Shown here in pieces: positions 1 through 10,099 of a stretch of 64,000 nt of DNA. The translations under genes were made by a program, and so were the position numbers. Position 1 is the stretch's first letter, and every line of letters begins with the position of its first letter. Under the pieces are notes generated by a model. It saw only the letters and a list, made by a program, of their open reading frames with translations. It was not told where the DNA came from and searched no databases. The stretch is from the NCBI GenBank assembly GCA_039715165.1, contig JBDLHX010000001.1, positions 298-64,297 of the forward strand, written 5' to 3'. Source of the stretch: Actinomycetota bacterium (lineage in GTDB: Bacteria; Actinomycetota; Acidimicrobiia; Spongiisociales; UBA5794).

Positions 1-1473
1 ATGACTGCAACGATCACCTCGAGCGCCATCATCGGTGTCGAACCCCACCCTGTTCGCGTCGAAGTCCACATCGGCGGCGGCAAGCCGGGTTTCATCATCG
101 TGGGGCTGCCGGACGCCGCCGTGCGCGAGGCCAAGGAGCGAGTGCGGGCGGCCTTCACGACCACAGGCGATACCTTCCCGTCGCGTCGCGTCATCGTGAA
201 CCTCTCACCCGCGGATCTCCCGAAGGTGGGCACGGCATACGATCTCCCCATCGCTCTCGGCGTCCTGGCCGCAGACGGGAAGCTCCCGGCCGGGGCGACC
301 GACGTCGTCGCACTCGGCGAGCTCGCACTCGACGGCTCGGTTCGTCCGGCTCGCGGCGGACTCGGAGCGGCACTCGTTGCCCGTGACCTCGGCAAGACCT
401 GCCTCCTATCGCTCGACTCGGCGGCGGAGACTGCCGGCAGGACGGATCTCGGCGTCCGCGCCGTTCGCTCCCTCTCGCACGCCATGGAGGTGGCCAGGGG
501 AGAGCATGCGGGAGACCCGGTCGAGCCGGTCGTATCGGCGGCGGGCGAAGCACCAGACCTCAGCGAAGTGCGCGGGCAGCACGCCGCGCGTGATGCCCTC
601 GAGGTCGCGGCCGCCGGCGGACATCACTTGCTCTTCCGCGGCGCCCCCGGCTCCGGGAAGACGATGCTTGCGAGGACGCTCCCAGGCCTTCTGCCCCCGC
701 TCATCGACGCTGAAGCGCACGAGGTCTCGCTCATCTGGGCGTCTGCCGGACGTCCGCGGCCCGACTCGACGACGCCGCCGTTTCGCGCACCACACCATTC
801 TGCGTCGATGGCTGCATTCATCGGTGGGGGATCGGGGGTCCCCACGCCGGGTGAAGCGATCCTTGCCCATCGGGGCGTTCTGTTCCTCGACGAACTCGGG
901 GAGTTTCCTCCCCAGTTGCTCGACGCTCTCAGAACGCCGATCGAGGATGGAACCGTCGTAGTGGCGCGGAAGGGAGCCACCATTGAGTTCCCATGCAGCT
1001 CCCAGGTCGTCGCAGCGACGAACCCCTGTCCCTGCGGCTACGAGGGCGATCGAATCAAAGGGTGCGAATGCACCGAGTCGATGAAGGCTCGGTACAAACG
1101 GCGGTTCTCCGGACCGTTCCTCGACCGCTTCGATCTCCAGGTCGAAGTCCCGCGGCTTCGCGTCTCAGAGCTCGGGGGACCGCCGGGGGAGAGCTCGAGA
1201 GTGGTTCGTGACCGCGTTGCCACCGCCCGACGGCGACAGCTCGAAGAACGCGGCCATCTCAACCGGGAGCTCGGCCGTGGCGATCTCGACCAACTGACAT
1301 GGACGGACGCTGCGCGTCGCACACTCCAGGAGGCCGCGTCGGGCGATCGGCTCACTGCGCGGGGTTGGGATCGTGTCCGCCGTGTCGCCCGGACCGTCGC
1401 GGACCTCGACGACTCAGATCCCGTGACGAGCGAGCACGTCTCGACGGCGCTGCGAATGAGGGTGACGCTGTGA
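1..1473 (+). CDS. comM: Mg-chelatase-like AAA+ ATPase, YifB/ComM family
   Basis: 490-aa ORF starting at window base 1 with ATG. N-terminal Lon/ChlI-like segment (GFIIVGLPD), Walker A GAPGSGKT, Cys-rich CPCGYEGD...CEC motif typical of the family. Conserved comM-dprA-xerC synteny of actinobacteria. Confidence 0.85.
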   Translation: MTATITSSAIIGVEPHPVRVEVHIGGGKPGFIIVGLPDAAVREAKERVRAAFTTTGDTFPSRRVIVNLSPADLPKVGTAYDLPIALGVLAADGKLPAGATDVVALGELALDGSVRPARGGLGAALVARDLGKTCLLSLDSAAETAGRTDLGVRAVRSLSHAMEVARGEHAGDPVEPVVSAAGEAPDLSEVRGQHAARDALEVAAAGGHHLLFRGAPGSGKTMLARTLPGLLPPLIDAEAHEVSLIWASAGRPRPDSTTPPFRAPHHSASMAAFIGGGSGVPTPGEAILAHRGVLFLDELGEFPPQLLDALRTPIEDGTVVVARKGATIEFPCSSQVVAATNPCPCGYEGDRIKGCECTESMKARYKRRFSGPFLDRFDLQVEVPRLRVSELGGPPGESSRVVRDRVATARRRQLEERGHLNRELGRGDLDQLTWTDAARRTLQEAASGDRLTARGWDRVRRVARTVADLDDSDPVTSEHVSTALRMRVTL

Positions 1474-2360
1474 GCCGCGACGACCGCCTCCGGCTTGCCT
1501 TCGCCGGGCTTCACCCCGATCGTGCCCGGCAGCTCAGGGAGCGCTTCGGAGGAGCGGGCGGCGCCCTCGCGGCAATCGAGCAGGGGCGGGCGAAGGCCTC
1601 GCCTGTGATCCGATCGAGTGCGGCCGTGCCGGCACCCGATCGGAAGGAGACCCTCGCAGCGATGGGAATCGAGGCGGTGTTCCACGGCGACGAGCCCTAC
1701 CCGGCCCACCTCGACCGATTCGAAGACGCACCAGACGTCATGTTCGTCCGGGGCCACCTGCCCAGCGATCCCGGCGTCGGCATCGTCGGAACGCGGCGGT
1801 GCACTGCCTACGGCCTCGACCTGGCGGATGCGTACGGCAGGGTGGTGGCACTGGCCGGGTGGCCGGTCGTCTCCGGTCTCGCCAGAGGGATCGACGGAGC
1901 TGCACATCGGGGCATGGTCGGGGAGGGCGGCGTCGGCGTGGCGGTGCTCGGGTGCGGGATCGACGTGACGTACCCGCGCGAGCACCGCCGGCTCGGCGAG
2001 CAGATCCTCGAAGCAGGCGGAGCCATCGTGACCGAGTATCCGCCGGGGACTCGCCCGGATGCGTGGAGGTTCCCGCCCAGGAACCGCATCATCGCCGGTC
2101 TCTCTGCAGCGGTGGTGGTCGTCGAGGCGGCTCAGACGGGTGGAGCACTCATCACAGCCGTCAAGGCCGCCGAGTACGGAATCCCCGTCTTCGCGATGCC
2201 GGGGGACGTCGACCGGAAGACATCGGAGGGGACGAACCGTCTCATCCGCGATGGGGCGTTCCCCGTCTTCGAACCCGAGGATCTCATCGAAGAGCTCGAT
2301 CTCATCTACGGCCTGGCTCCGCGGCGGGCCGCAGAGGTGGTCGCGGACAAGGGTCGTTGA
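1470..2360 (+). CDS. dprA: DNA processing protein DprA (Smf)
   Basis: GTG at 1470 overlaps the comM stop (GTGA). Rossmann-like DprA core GIVGTRRCTAYG...LARGIDGAAHRG...AMPGDVD. The ORF track's upstream extension (1299-1469) overlaps comM and is discarded. Confidence 0.85.
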   Translation: MSRDDRLRLAFAGLHPDRARQLRERFGGAGGALAAIEQGRAKASPVIRSSAAVPAPDRKETLAAMGIEAVFHGDEPYPAHLDRFEDAPDVMFVRGHLPSDPGVGIVGTRRCTAYGLDLADAYGRVVALAGWPVVSGLARGIDGAAHRGMVGEGGVGVAVLGCGIDVTYPREHRRLGEQILEAGGAIVTEYPPGTRPDAWRFPPRNRIIAGLSAAVVVVEAAQTGGALITAVKAAEYGIPVFAMPGDVDRKTSEGTNRLIRDGAFPVFEPEDLIEELDLIYGLAPRRAAEVVADKGR

Positions 2361-2388
2361 CCTTCTCGACCGATGTCACCACCATGGC

Positions 2389-3270
2389 ATGATGCGCAAC
2401 GGGGGAATCGACGCAGCCGTCGACGACTACCTGATACGCCTCGACGCCGAACGCGGGCTCTCGCCCCACACGGTCGAGGCGTATCGCCGCGACCTCCGAC
2501 AGTTCACGACGATGTGCCACCGGCTCGGTCTCGAGCGGCTTGACGATGTCGAGCGCCGCACCGTGCGGCGATTCCTCTCGCAGCTCACGTCGCTCCGCTA
2601 TTCGCGCCGGTCGGTCGCGAGAAAAGCGTCCGCTGTTCGAGGCTTCCTCGACGACGCGGCCAAGCGCGGGAGGATCCCGGCGAACCCGGCCGCGGGCATA
2701 CCTCAACCGAAACGCCCCGGGACCCTCCCGAAAGCCATCCCGGCGCCGACGCTTGGACGTTTCCTCGACGACCTCGATGGCTCGGACCCGATCGAACTCA
2801 GGGACCGGGCCCTGCTCGAGGTGCTCTATGGGACGGGCCTTCGTGTCTCCGAGCTTGCTGCTCTGACGGTCCGGGATTTCGACGGTGCCGACTTCATCAC
2901 CGTCAAGGGCAAGGGCAGCAAGGACCGGGCGGTCCCGGTCGGGGACAAAGCAAAGTACGCCGTGTCTGCGTACGTCGATCGGGGAAGGCCGGCGCTGGCC
3001 GGGCCCAACTGCGGCGACGCGCTGTGGGTGGGAGCGCGGGGCGGTCCACTCGACCCGCGAGGAATCCGACGGGTCGTTCGCGCGCGTCTCGGCACCTTCC
3101 CTCACGCCCTTCGGCATTCGTACGCCACACACCTGCTCGAACGCGGCGCCGATCTTCGGAGCGTGCAAGATCTCCTCGGACACTCCGATCTGGCAACCAC
3201 GCAGATATACACTGCCGTCACCCGGGAACATCTCAGGAAGACGTATGAGCGGAGCCACCCACGTGCATGA
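2389..3270 (+). CDS. xerC: tyrosine site-specific recombinase XerC/XerD
   Basis: N-terminal core-binding domain (YLIRLDAERGLSPHTVEAYRRDL). Catalytic R..HxxR..Y region LRHSYATHLLERGADLRSVQDLLGHSDLATTQIYT. ATG at 2389; the 2059-2388 part of the ORF is low-complexity read-through. Confidence 0.85.
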   Translation: MMRNGGIDAAVDDYLIRLDAERGLSPHTVEAYRRDLRQFTTMCHRLGLERLDDVERRTVRRFLSQLTSLRYSRRSVARKASAVRGFLDDAAKRGRIPANPAAGIPQPKRPGTLPKAIPAPTLGRFLDDLDGSDPIELRDRALLEVLYGTGLRVSELAALTVRDFDGADFITVKGKGSKDRAVPVGDKAKYAVSAYVDRGRPALAGPNCGDALWVGARGGPLDPRGIRRVVRARLGTFPHALRHSYATHLLERGADLRSVQDLLGHSDLATTQIYTAVTREHLRKTYERSHPRA

Positions 3271-4033
3271 GCGAGGCGAAGACGAACTCGCCGCGCTGTG
3301 GGAGCGATTCAAGGAAGACGGCAACGAGCGTGCTCGCGAAGGCCTCATCCTCCACTTCGCCCCGCTCGTCAAGTTTGTTGCCGGCCGCCTCGGTTCGGGC
3401 CTCCCACGCAACGTAGACCCGGCTGATCTGGCCTCCTACGGGACATTCGGGCTGATCGACGCGATCGACAAATTCGAGCCGGAGCGCGGGTACAAGTTCG
3501 AGACATACGCGGTGAACCGGATCAAAGGCGCCATCCTCGACGAGCTCCGGGCACTCGATTGGGTACCGCGATCGGTGCGGGCACGGGCACGTGAGATCCA
3601 GCGCTCGATGGCTGAGCTCGAACACAGTCTGCAGCGGTCGGCGACCGAGCAGGAGCTCGCCGATCACATGGACCTCGCGGTCGGAACCCTCCGCAATCAA
3701 CTGGGCGAGTTATCCACCCTCGGCTTCGTTGCCCTCGACGAGCTGCTCAACCCCGATGAAAGGGATTCCGCCGCCGTCGGGGATGTGGTTCCGGACTCGG
3801 GGGCACTCGATCCGAGCGGCTCGTTCGAACGCGACGAGACGCGCTATCTGCTTGCAGACTCGATCAATCGCCTCCCAGAGCGCGACCGGCTCGTCGTGAC
3901 GCTCTACTACTACGAGGGGCTCACCCTTGCCGAGATCGGATCGATCCTCAACGTGACCGAGTCGCGCGTGTGCCAGATCCACACGAAGGCGGTCCTGAGC
4001 CTCAGGAACCGGTTCATAGAGCCGAGCTACTAA
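3245..4033 (+). CDS. FliA/WhiG-family (sigma-28-type) RNA polymerase sigma factor
   Basis: Region 2 ([22 protein letters not shown]) and region 4 HTH ([25 protein letters not shown]) of the sigma-70 family, FliA/WhiG subgroup. ATG at 3245 overlaps the xerC 3' end by 26 nt; alternative GTG at 3263. The xerC-whiG-rpsB neighbourhood is known from Streptomyces. Confidence 0.8.
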   Translation: MSGATHVHERGEDELAALWERFKEDGNERAREGLILHFAPLVKFVAGRLGSGLPRNVDPADLASYGTFGLIDAIDKFEPERGYKFETYAVNRIKGAILDELRALDWVPRSVRARAREIQRSMAELEHSLQRSATEQELADHMDLAVGTLRNQLGELSTLGFVALDELLNPDERDSAAVGDVVPDSGALDPSGSFERDETRYLLADSINRLPERDRLVVTLYYYEGLTLAEIGSILNVTESRVCQIHTKAVLSLRNRFIEPSY

Positions 4034-4242
4034 CCAGCTCCAAGCTCCAAGCCGCAAGCGGCAACGCCGGATCGACTCTTGCAGCTTGGAACTCTCAGTC
4101 CGTTTCGATCTACAGAAGCCGCCGCTCTACACTTTCGCTCAATTCGCACGTCCACTACAAGCCCCCGAGGTCGGACCGCGCATGCGGTCTGTGGGGTGTT
4201 CCGGGTGGGCGGAGGCGTGAACCCGAACACAGGAGGAACCAC

Positions 4243-5097
4243 ATGTCAGTGGTGAGCATGCGCCAGCTGCTCGAGGCCGGAATGCACTTCGGCCACCAGA
4301 CCCGTCGTTGGAACCCGAAGATGCGTCCGTACATCTTCACCGAGCGCAACGGCATCCACATCCTCGACCTTCGTCAGACGCTCGAGCAGATCGATGCCTC
4401 CTACAAGCTCGTGAACGATGCTGTGGCAGACGGCGGAACTGTGCTGTTCGTCGGCACGAAGAAGCAGGCCCAGGGCGCGATCGAAGAGTCCGCCACGAAG
4501 GCCGGTATGCCGTACGTGAACCATCGCTGGCTCGGCGGCATGCTCACGAACTTCCAGACGATCCACAAGCGGATCCTCTACATGCTCGAGCTCGAGCACA
4601 TGGAGACATCCGGCGAGATGGAATCGCTCCCCAAAAAGGAGCGCCTCCGCCTGCGGCGCGAGCTCGAGAAGCTCCACACCGTGCTCGGCGGCGTGCGGGA
4701 CATGAAACGCCCGCCGAACGTCGTGTTCGTCATCGACATCATCACTGAGCACATCGCCGTCGCCGAAGCAAACCGGCTCGGTATCCCGGTGATCGCGATC
4801 GTTGACACGAACTGCGATCCCGATCCTGTCGACTACGTCATCCCAGGGAACGACGATGCCATCCGGACGGCCTACCTGATCGGTGACGCCATCGCACAAG
4901 CGGCGAAGGATGCTCGCGAGACCCGCGAGGCCGGCAGCAAGGACGCTCCCCAGAAGGATGCTCCTAAGGAGCCGACCCCTGAGCCCGCACCTGCAGCTCG
5001 GACCGATGTCGTCATCCTCGATGAGATCCAGGCGGAGAACGCGACGAGCGAGCCCGAAGCTGCCGAAGCCACCGAGACTCCGAAGGAGACCGCGTGA
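4243..5097 (+). CDS. rpsB: 30S ribosomal protein S2
   Basis: [27 protein letters not shown]... canonical S2 N-terminus. AGGAGG 7 nt upstream of the ATG. Confidence 0.95.
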   Translation: MSVVSMRQLLEAGMHFGHQTRRWNPKMRPYIFTERNGIHILDLRQTLEQIDASYKLVNDAVADGGTVLFVGTKKQAQGAIEESATKAGMPYVNHRWLGGMLTNFQTIHKRILYMLELEHMETSGEMESLPKKERLRLRRELEKLHTVLGGVRDMKRPPNVVFVIDIITEHIAVAEANRLGIPVIAIVDTNCDPDPVDYVIPGNDDAIRTAYLIGDAIAQAAKDARETREAGSKDAPQKDAPKEPTPEPAPAARTDVVILDEIQAENATSEPEAAEATETPKETA

Positions 5098-5711
5098 CCG
5101 ACTTCACAGCCAAGGACATCCAAGCCCTTCGCCAGGCCACCGGCTCGGGGATGATGGACGCGAAGCGCGCCCTCGTCGACACCGGCGGCGACGTGGAACG
5201 CGCCAAGGAACTCCTTCGTGAGCGGGGCCTCGCCGATGCAGCGAAGCGCGCCGGACGCAGCCAGACCGAGGGAGCGATCGGGTCATACCTGCACCAGCAG
5301 GCCGGACGCCCCGTCATCGGCGTGATCGTGGAGCTCGCATCCGAGACGGACTTCGTCGCGAAGAGCGGCGAGTTCCAGGAGATCGCCAACGACATCGCGA
5401 TGCACACCGCAGCGGCTCGTCCGCGTTGGATCACCCAGGACGACGTGCCTGAGGATGCCATCGAGGAGGAGAAGCGCCTCATCGCCGCTCAAGCGACCAA
5501 CGAAGGGAAGCCCGAGCACATCGTCGAGCGGATCGTCGAGGGGCGGCTCAAGAGCTTCTTCGCCGACAACGTCCTCTACGACCAGGTGTTCGTGAAGACC
5601 GAGCAGTTCGATGGAACGGTCGGTGAGCTCGTCAAGCAGCTTGCAGCGAAGATGGGTGAGAACATCAGTGTCTCGAAGATGGCCAGGGTGGCCGTCGGCG
5701 AGGAGGGCTGA
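5094..5711 (+). CDS. tsf: elongation factor Ts (short form)
   Basis: GTG overlaps the rpsB stop. UBA-like N-terminus ([22 protein letters not shown]) and EF-Ts dimerisation core. 205 aa, consistent with short EF-Ts forms. Confidence 0.9.
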   Translation: MTDFTAKDIQALRQATGSGMMDAKRALVDTGGDVERAKELLRERGLADAAKRAGRSQTEGAIGSYLHQQAGRPVIGVIVELASETDFVAKSGEFQEIANDIAMHTAAARPRWITQDDVPEDAIEEEKRLIAAQATNEGKPEHIVERIVEGRLKSFFADNVLYDQVFVKTEQFDGTVGELVKQLAAKMGENISVSKMARVAVGEEG

Positions 5712-6412
5712 TGCGCCGGGTCGTTCTCAAGCTCTCCGGGGAGGCGTTCGCCGACCGGGAGATGCAGTACGGGATCGATCCGGACATCGTCGCACGGGTG
5801 GCTGAAGAGATCGCTTCCGTCCACAGCGAAGGCTATGAGATCGGGATCGTTGTCGGCGGCGGGAACATCTTCCGGGGCATTTCGAGTGCCGCCGGAAACA
5901 TGGACCGCGCGAATGCCGACTACATGGGCATGCTGGCGACCGTGATCAACGCTCTCGCTCTTCGCGACGCACTCGAACGGGCCGGTTCGCCGGCGCGTGT
6001 GCAGACGGCGATCACGATCCAGCAAGTTGCCGAGCCCTACATCCGGCTCAGGGCGATGCGACACCTCGAGAAGGGTCGAGTCGTCATCTTCGCGGGAGGA
6101 ACCGGGAACCCGTTCTTCACGACGGACACGACCGCCGCGTTGCGCGCAGCGGAGATCAACGCCGACGTGGTGCTGAAGGCAACGAAGGTCGACGGGGTGT
6201 ACGACAGTGACCCGATGACCAACCCCGACGCCGAACTGATGACCAATGTCAGCTACATGGATGCGATCCAGCGGCGACTTCGGGTGATGGACAGCACCGC
6301 CATTACGATGTGCTTGGAAAACGACCTGCCGATCCGCGTGTTCAACATGAACCGTCCGGGCGAGATCGCAAGGGCCGTGCGTGGGGAGGATGTCGGGACA
6401 CTGGTTCGCTGA
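5711..6412 (+). CDS. pyrH: UMP kinase
   Basis: [10 protein letters not shown]...[12 protein letters not shown]...[25 protein letters not shown], canonical amino-acid-kinase-fold PyrH. Confidence 0.95.
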   Translation: MRRVVLKLSGEAFADREMQYGIDPDIVARVAEEIASVHSEGYEIGIVVGGGNIFRGISSAAGNMDRANADYMGMLATVINALALRDALERAGSPARVQTAITIQQVAEPYIRLRAMRHLEKGRVVIFAGGTGNPFFTTDTTAALRAAEINADVVLKATKVDGVYDSDPMTNPDAELMTNVSYMDAIQRRLRVMDSTAITMCLENDLPIRVFNMNRPGEIARAVRGEDVGTLVR

Positions 6413-6421
6413 GGAGGCGCC

Positions 6422-6967
6422 GTGATCAAGGACCTGCTGCAAGAAGCCGAGTACAAGATGGACCAGGCCGTCGTGCACACGACCCAGGAGTTCGGTGGAA
6501 TCCGGACCGGCCGTGCCAACCCGGGCCTCCTCAATCGCATCAACGTCGACTACTACGGCACGCCGACGCCGCTTCAGCAGATAGCGGGCTTCTCAGTGCC
6601 GGAGGCCCGCCTCCTCGTCATCCAGCCGTACGACAAGACGGCGATCACCGCGATCGAACGAGCCATCCAGGAGGCGGATCTCGGTCTCAACCCGTCCAAT
6701 GACGGGAACGTGATTCGGCTCTCGTTCCCGTCGCTCACCGAGGAGCGGCGCAAGGAGCTCATTCGCGTCGTGCGACACCTCGCCGAGGACGGCCGTATCG
6801 CGATCAGGAACGTGCGCCGCCACTGCAAAGTCCGGATCGAAGGCGAGGACGTGTCGGAAGACGACATCCGGCGCGCTGAGAAGGTGCTGCAGGAGAAGAC
6901 GGACGCGCACATCGAACGCCTCGACGAGATCCTCGCCACGAAAGAGGAAGAACTCCTCGAAGTCTGA
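6422..6967 (+). CDS. frr: ribosome recycling factor
   Basis: GTG start; IRTGRANPGLLNRINVDYYGTPTPLQQIA...SFPSLTEERRKEL typical Frr. Confidence 0.95.
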   Translation: MIKDLLQEAEYKMDQAVVHTTQEFGGIRTGRANPGLLNRINVDYYGTPTPLQQIAGFSVPEARLLVIQPYDKTAITAIERAIQEADLGLNPSNDGNVIRLSFPSLTEERRKELIRVVRHLAEDGRIAIRNVRRHCKVRIEGEDVSEDDIRRAEKVLQEKTDAHIERLDEILATKEEELLEV

Positions 6968-6979
6968 CGGAGGCCTCGG

Positions 6980-8911
6980 ATGCGCCACGACGATGATCGC
7001 TCGCCGGGCGATGACCCGACGATGGACGACTCGGCCACTTCGGCCGACAGCGACGGCATCTCTGTGAGTGGTTTCGATGCCCCAGATGCACCGGGCGAGC
7101 CCGCTGCGGAAGTACTGTCTGGGGATATGGACGAACACGACCCTGAAGCGACCGACGAGCTCGAGCTCGCCGACATCCACAAGGACCTGGATCCCAAGCC
7201 CGCGCAGAACGATGCCGGCTTCGATGGCTGGCTCGATGGTGAGGAGCCCGAGGGCGGTGGCCCCTACGAGGCCCTCGCCGAGGACGACGATGGCGCGGCC
7301 GAGATCGCGGATTGGATGGCGTTCACGAGTGGGGGAGCGTCCGACGAGCCCTCCGACGAACCCGAAGTAGTCGTCGACGTGACCGATGCGGCCGTCGCCG
7401 ACGAGGCCGAATCGGAGAGCGCCGACGACGACCACGACGACACGATCGAGTTCTACCCGGATGAGCCGGAGACGGACGAGCCGGTCGCCGACACGGGGGA
7501 GCTCGGGGAGATCGCCTCACCAATCGGTGAGACCGAAGAGATAGATCCACCGGTCGACGACATCGAGGAGACGGTGGCCCCGGAGGCCGAGACGGAAGAA
7601 GACGTTGCTCCTGCGGGCGGACTCGAAGAAGGCGGAGAGCCGGATCCCGACGAACTCATGGTGATACCGGCAGTCCGCGTCGACGAGGATGATGACGCCG
7701 AGGAAGAGGGAGCGTCCGTCGAAGACGAGCCCCCGACCGAGGACGAAGCTCCGACGGTGTCTGCAGAAGAACCGGTTGCCGGTGGTGACGACGGGGACTT
7801 GGTTCCGGATGAATCGCTCTCGATGGACACCGGCGAAGTGCCCGTTATCGGAGATCTCTCCTCAGTAGACCAGGAAGGCGACGCCTCTGCTGCCGTCTTC
7901 GATTTTGAGGAGTTGACGGAGGACCACTACCTACAAGCCGCGACTCGCGAACACCAGGATCTCGCGGCGGCGATCGTCGCCGCGGAGGCCGAGGACACCG
8001 AGCAGGTTGCCCTCGCTGCGGCAATCCCCGGCCTCGACTCCGGCGTCGTGGGGTTCGATGACGTCGTCGCCTCGGAAGGCGGCGAGTCGGCTGCTCCTGT
8101 GAAGCCGCCTGCCTCATCCGACCTCGTCTTGCGCGTCGGGACGGCTGTGGCGCTCCTCGCAGCGTTCTTCCTCTCCCTTATGTGGAGACCGGCGCTCATC
8201 GTGTTCGTTCTCGCAGCGCTCGTCGTTGCGGCGGGCGAGTTCTACAGCGTTCTCATCCACCGCGGATACAAGCCGGTGTCGATCTTCGGCTTCCTCGGCA
8301 TCATCGGGGCGGGCCTCGGAACCGTCGTATGGGGGGTCATCGCGATACCCATCGCGTTCGCCGTCATGATCACCGCGATCCTGCTGTTCGACGCCGTGAG
8401 CAAGCGGAGGCAGGGCGCAGTGAGCGGATTCGCGGCAACGATCGTCGTCGCAGTCTGGGTTGGTGGTTTCGGCGCATTCGCATTTGAGATCATCGCGTCA
8501 GACAACTACCGATCCCTCGTCCTGATCATCGTCGCGTCGGTTGCAATCGTCGACATCGCTGCCTACTTCGTCGGACGCTCGATCGGGAGACGGCCGCTCG
8601 CGCCGGTCATCTCGCCCAAGAAGACGATCGAGGGCTACATCGGTGGAGTGCTGATGGCATTCCTCGCAGGCATCGTCGCCAGCTTCTTCGTCGAAGCGAT
8701 GGACCTTCCCGCGGGTCTGCTCTTCGGTGCCGTTGTCGCGGTGTTCGCCCCGCTCGGTGATCTCGCTGTGTCGGCGGCGAAGCGCTCACTCGACATCAAG
8801 GACATGGGGTCGATCCTGCCCGGCCACGGAGGTCTCCTCGACCGCATCGACGCGATCATCGCCGTTGTGCCGGCCGGCTGGGCAGTGTTCGCATGGCTGG
8901 GCCTGCTCTGA
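6980..8911 (+). CDS. cdsA: phosphatidate cytidylyltransferase (CDP-diglyceride synthase) with ~370-aa hyper-acidic N-terminal extension
   Basis: C-terminal ~270 aa is a multi-TM CdsA with the signature region KKTIEGYIGG...SAAKRSLDIKDMGSILPGHGGLLDRIDA. The preceding ~370 aa are D/E-rich low complexity, in the same frame with no stop. GGAGG lies 8 nt before the ATG at 6980. Confidence 0.8.
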   Translation: MRHDDDRSPGDDPTMDDSATSADSDGISVSGFDAPDAPGEPAAEVLSGDMDEHDPEATDELELADIHKDLDPKPAQNDAGFDGWLDGEEPEGGGPYEALAEDDDGAAEIADWMAFTSGGASDEPSDEPEVVVDVTDAAVADEAESESADDDHDDTIEFYPDEPETDEPVADTGELGEIASPIGETEEIDPPVDDIEETVAPEAETEEDVAPAGGLEEGGEPDPDELMVIPAVRVDEDDDAEEEGASVEDEPPTEDEAPTVSAEEPVAGGDDGDLVPDESLSMDTGEVPVIGDLSSVDQEGDASAAVFDFEELTEDHYLQAATREHQDLAAAIVAAEAEDTEQVALAAAIPGLDSGVVGFDDVVASEGGESAAPVKPPASSDLVLRVGTAVALLAAFFLSLMWRPALIVFVLAALVVAAGEFYSVLIHRGYKPVSIFGFLGIIGAGLGTVVWGVIAIPIAFAVMITAILLFDAVSKRRQGAVSGFAATIVVAVWVGGFGAFAFEIIASDNYRSLVLIIVASVAIVDIAAYFVGRSIGRRPLAPVISPKKTIEGYIGGVLMAFLAGIVASFFVEAMDLPAGLLFGAVVAVFAPLGDLAVSAAKRSLDIKDMGSILPGHGGLLDRIDAIIAVVPAGWAVFAWLGLL

Positions 8912-10047
8912 ACCCGGTCGTCGTTCTCGGCGCCACCGGCTCGATTGGATCGCAGACGCTCGAGGTCGCCGATCGTCACGGCTATCCCGTGGCGGCCCTC
9001 GCGGCCGGACGCCTCTCTCCCGCGTTCCTCGAGCTCGCCGCCCGCTACCCCGATGCCCTGGCCGCCGTCGCCACGGAGCCGGAGACGCCGGTCGGCTATC
9101 CCGTGGACGCGAGGATCGAGTTCGGTGCCGATGCCGTCGCCGCCCTGGCACAAATCCCGGCATCCACGGTGGTCAACGGCATCGTCGGTGCTGCCGGCCT
9201 CGAGTCGTCGCTCTCGGCCCTGGAGGTAGGGAATCGGCTCGCTCTTGCAAACAAGGAGAGCTTGCTCGTCGGTGGGCCGCTCATCCTCGATGCGCTCGAT
9301 CGCGGGGATGGTGAGCTCATCCCGGTGGACAGCGAGCACTCTGCGATCTGGCAGTGCCTTGCGGGGGAGGCGGCCGATGGCGTTCGGAGAGTGATCCTCA
9401 CGGCATCCGGTGGTCCCTTCCACAGCCGGCCCGATATCGACCTCGCCGCGGTGACGGTCGACCAGGCGCTGGCGCATCCCACGTGGGACATGGGGCCCCG
9501 CATCACGGTCGACTCGGCAACGCTCATGAACAAGGCGTTCGAGGTGATCGAGGCGCACTTCCTGTTCGGGCTGCAGTACGACCAGATCGACGTCGTCATC
9601 CACCCGACGAGCTACGTCCACTCGCTCGTCGAGTTCACCGACGGGGTCGTGAAAGCCGAGCTGGGCCCGCCCGACATGCGCAAGCCGATCCAGCGGGCGC
9701 TGACCGCCCCGGGTCGGCTCCCGGCGCCGTCAGACCCCCTCGACCTTGTCGGTGTCAACTTGCGCTTTGAGGAACCGGATCGCGAGCGCTTCTCTGCTCT
9801 CGATCTCGGCTACGAGGCCGGGCGGCGCGGCGGCAATGCTCCTGCAGTGCTCAACGCCGCGGATGAGGTCGCCGTGGCAGCGTTCCTCGACCATCGAATC
9901 CGATTCGACGAGATCACCGACATCGTGAGCGATGCCCTTGATGCCGTGCCGCATTCTCCGGTCGAAACGCTCTCAGAAGCGCTCGCGGCAGACGCCGCAG
10001 GCCGGAACGCGGCCGCGGAAGCGGTGCATCTGAGGGCTTCCCGCTAA
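8893..10047 (+). CDS. dxr: 1-deoxy-D-xylulose 5-phosphate reductoisomerase
   Basis: VVVLGATGSIGSQTLEV...LANKESLLVGG...IPVDSEHSAIWQCL signature. Confidence 0.95.
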   Translation: MAGPALNPVVVLGATGSIGSQTLEVADRHGYPVAALAAGRLSPAFLELAARYPDALAAVATEPETPVGYPVDARIEFGADAVAALAQIPASTVVNGIVGAAGLESSLSALEVGNRLALANKESLLVGGPLILDALDRGDGELIPVDSEHSAIWQCLAGEAADGVRRVILTASGGPFHSRPDIDLAAVTVDQALAHPTWDMGPRITVDSATLMNKAFEVIEAHFLFGLQYDQIDVVIHPTSYVHSLVEFTDGVVKAELGPPDMRKPIQRALTAPGRLPAPSDPLDLVGVNLRFEEPDRERFSALDLGYEAGRRGGNAPAVLNAADEVAVAAFLDHRIRFDEITDIVSDALDAVPHSPVETLSEALAADAAGRNAAAEAVHLRASR

Positions 10048-10099
10048 TCGGGAACGATGGGTACCGTGGAAGCATGAGATCAACCGGGGAAATGACCTG

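Noticed and set aside
7000-8100. Possibility that the acidic region upstream of cdsA is a separate gene or a spurious frame
   Set aside because: There is no stop codon between it and the CdsA TM domain. It has a strong RBS at 6980, and its D/E-rich (not R/A/P-rich) composition is unlike GC-driven spurious ORFs. Kept as an N-terminal extension, with uncertainty stated
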